NCBI GenBank assembly: GCA_963844715.1
Contig: CAWJPJ010000007.1
Location: 1,216,001 to 1,280,000, forward strand
Origin: an uncultured Phycisphaerales bacterium
GTDB lineage: Bacteria; Planctomycetota; Phycisphaerae; Tepidisphaerales; Tepidisphaeraceae
Reading direction: 5' to 3'
DNA: 64,000 bases
The notes under the pieces were generated by a model. That model worked only from the letters and a program-made list of their open reading frames with translations, was not told where the DNA came from and searched no databases. Shown here in pieces: positions 62,002 through 64,000 of this stretch (the first letter of the stretch is position 1; each line of letters starts with the position of its first letter). Made by a program: the position numbers and the translations under genes.

Positions 62002-63943
62002 ATGACGCATTTGATCATCAATTCGTACCCGGCCACGAATTCACAGAGGCGCGCCGAAAACGCCGAGGCGCTGCGGCGGAATCGGGCGTGCAAATTTATC
62101 GATCGAATTCACGAGATCACCAATCCGGAGCGCCCGACGTTTCGGCAGCTCTTGGCGGAAGCGCGCGGGCGCGTTGGGTGGGCGGATATTGTGATCGTCG
62201 CGAACAGCGATATTTATTTTGACGATACCGCCACGCTGCTCGACTACATCGGACACTCAGAGTGCTTCGCGCTCGCTAGATATGAGGAGGGCGGGGAGTT
62301 TTCCGTCAATCCCGCGGCAAGCCAGGACGCGTGGGTTTTTCGCGGGTGGCCGCCGGATGTGGCGGCGGATTTTCCGCTGGGGGTTGCGGGGGTGGACCAA
62401 TTATTCGGGCAGCTTTTGCGCGACGCGGGGTATTCGGTTTATAACCGTTGCCGATCGATCAAGTGCCATCATCTGCACGTCGGCGGGGCGCGGGTGCGGA
62501 AATCAGAGGATGCGATTCCGCGGGAGTATGCGTATTTGCCGCCTTGCGGGATTGAACATATTCGGCATCGGTCTAGCGATGCGATTGAGACGCCGGGGAA
62601 AATCGCGATCGTTCTGCTGGGGGGATTTGGGGATATCGTCAATGCGCTGCCGATCGCGATGGATTTGCATCGGAAGGGGCATGAGGTTTCGTGGTATGTG
62701 CATCGGGATTTTGCGGCGCTGTTGGAGGGAGCGAGTTATGTGAAGCCGGCGATCTGGGAGGGGGAGATTGAGCCCCCGGATGCGGCGGTGGCGCATGCGC
62801 GATCGCGGGGATTTGATCGAGTGCTGTGCTTGCAGGTTAACGCGGACAATCCGGCGTCGCCGCACTCTTCGCGGAATTTGTTGACGGAGTCTTGGGCGGC
62901 GGCGGGGTATTTGGATAAGTATCACATTCTTCCTTGTGTGTTCGATCGAGCGCAGGCGCCGCCGGAGGATTGGAAGCCGGCGGGGGGCAAGGCGATTCTT
63001 GCTTATTGCCTGGAGGGGCAGACGTCTCCCTATGCGGCGGATTTGAAGGCCGATCTGGTTCGGTGGTTGGGGGAGAAATACGGGGCGCAATTTGAACTGG
63101 TGGAGATTGGCGGGGGGGACTGCCGATCGGATTCGCTGCTGGAGATTCTGCGGGAATCGGCGGTTTTGGTCAGCGTGGACGCATTTCCGTTGCACATGGG
63201 ATACGCGGCGGGGACGCCGACGATTGCAATCACGGCGCGAGGGTGGATTGGATCGGAGCCGCGGCGGAATTGGATCGAGCATTTGAGCTACGCCGAAGCC
63301 GCGGGGATGGAGGGTCGCGAGAAAATTGCGGCGGCGTTGGGGGCGCTACTGGCAGGGAAGATCGAGCCGGGGAAACTGATTTGCCAGCCGGGGAATATGC
63401 CGGCGCCGAAGTTTGCGCAGATCAGGAGTTTGTCGATCCTGATCGCGGCGAAGACGGCGCATCAGGCTCAGCTCAAGGCGTTGCTGGACCGGCTTGTGCC
63501 GCAATTGAAAGGGCATGAAGAGATCGAGTTATTGTGCGACCTGGATCCGGGTCCAGCGGCGATGTGGGAGCGGAGGAAGAAGCTGCTGGACTCAGCGCAT
63601 GGGGAGTATTGCTGTTTCGTGGATGTGGAGGACATGGTGGCGGATAATTTCGTCGCGGTGCTGTTGCCGGCGCATGCGGGGCCGGCCGGATTTTGTGGGA
63701 TTCAAAGTTGGAGAGGTGGCGGCGGGCGAATTTAAGTCGGTGATGCCGATCAGCGCCTTGGAGGAGTCGAGCGGGGAGCCGGCGCATCTTTGCCCGATCA
63801 AGACGCATTTGGCCAGGAAGATCGGTTTCGGTCCGGGAGGGGATGCGGACTATGCGAGGTGGCTGGCGCAATCGGAGATCGTTGAGAGCGAGAATTTTGT
63901 GGATGCGGTGATCTACTTCAAAACGTGTCGGACGGAAAAATAA
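62002..63943 (+). CDS. Multidomain glycosyltransferase-like protein, copy 2 (tandem paralogue; frameshift ~63670)
   Basis: IVANSDIYFDD, SQDAWVFRG, FGDIVNALP, VSVDAFPLHMGYA, LSILI, GEYCCFVD; collinear with copy 1. Confidence 0.75.
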
Positions 63944-63973
63944 AAAAAGAGCCGACCCGGGCAAGGTCGGCCC
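63942..63973 (-). terminator. Probable terminator for a convergent gene beyond the window
   Basis: A-run followed by GCCGACC-loop-GGTCGGC. Confidence 0.55.
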
Positions 63974-64000
63974 TGAATGGGGCTGATGAAGAGTGTTTCA

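Noticed and set aside
2809..63943. Widespread pseudogenisation or programmed frameshifting (about 25 split genes)
   Set aside because: The shifts hit essential genes (pheT, lspA, ispH), look like isolated single-base indels in GC-rich or homopolymer contexts, and come without accumulated nonsense codons. Long-read consensus error is the simplest explanation.

Overview
GC-rich bacterial chromosomal segment, most consistent with a planctomycete (Phycisphaerae/Tepidisphaerales-like). This is inferred from a short PheT lacking the OB domain, a PEP-CTERM protein and the mix of DUF families. It is mostly housekeeping and envelope genes: fusA 3' end, ribD, lspA, dksA, pheT, tRNA-Glu, a dcd-nrdJ operon with tandem NrdR boxes and an active-site intein, eda, panB, an M16 peptidase pair, ispH, rmlA/B/D, WecA-like and O-antigen-ligase-like genes and many glycosyltransferases. 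Many genes, including essential ones, carry single-base frameshifts, which points to long-read assembly errors rather than pseudogenes. The most interesting signals are non-coding. (1) A DUF559/Vsr-like endonuclease gene is bracketed by inverted REP-like palindromes that recur elsewhere as solo copies and as an empty inverted doublet, a REPtron/REPIN-like layout with no RAYT. (2) Two further families of tandem-unit palindromic repeats occur, one interrupted by an intact IS5-family element. (3) A 32-bp site is repeated in inverted orientation 32 kb apart, close to GC-skew changes. Other leads are a GH28 with a substituted catalytic Asp, a zinc-ribbon bactofilin, orphan antitoxins and tandem three-domain glycosyltransferases.
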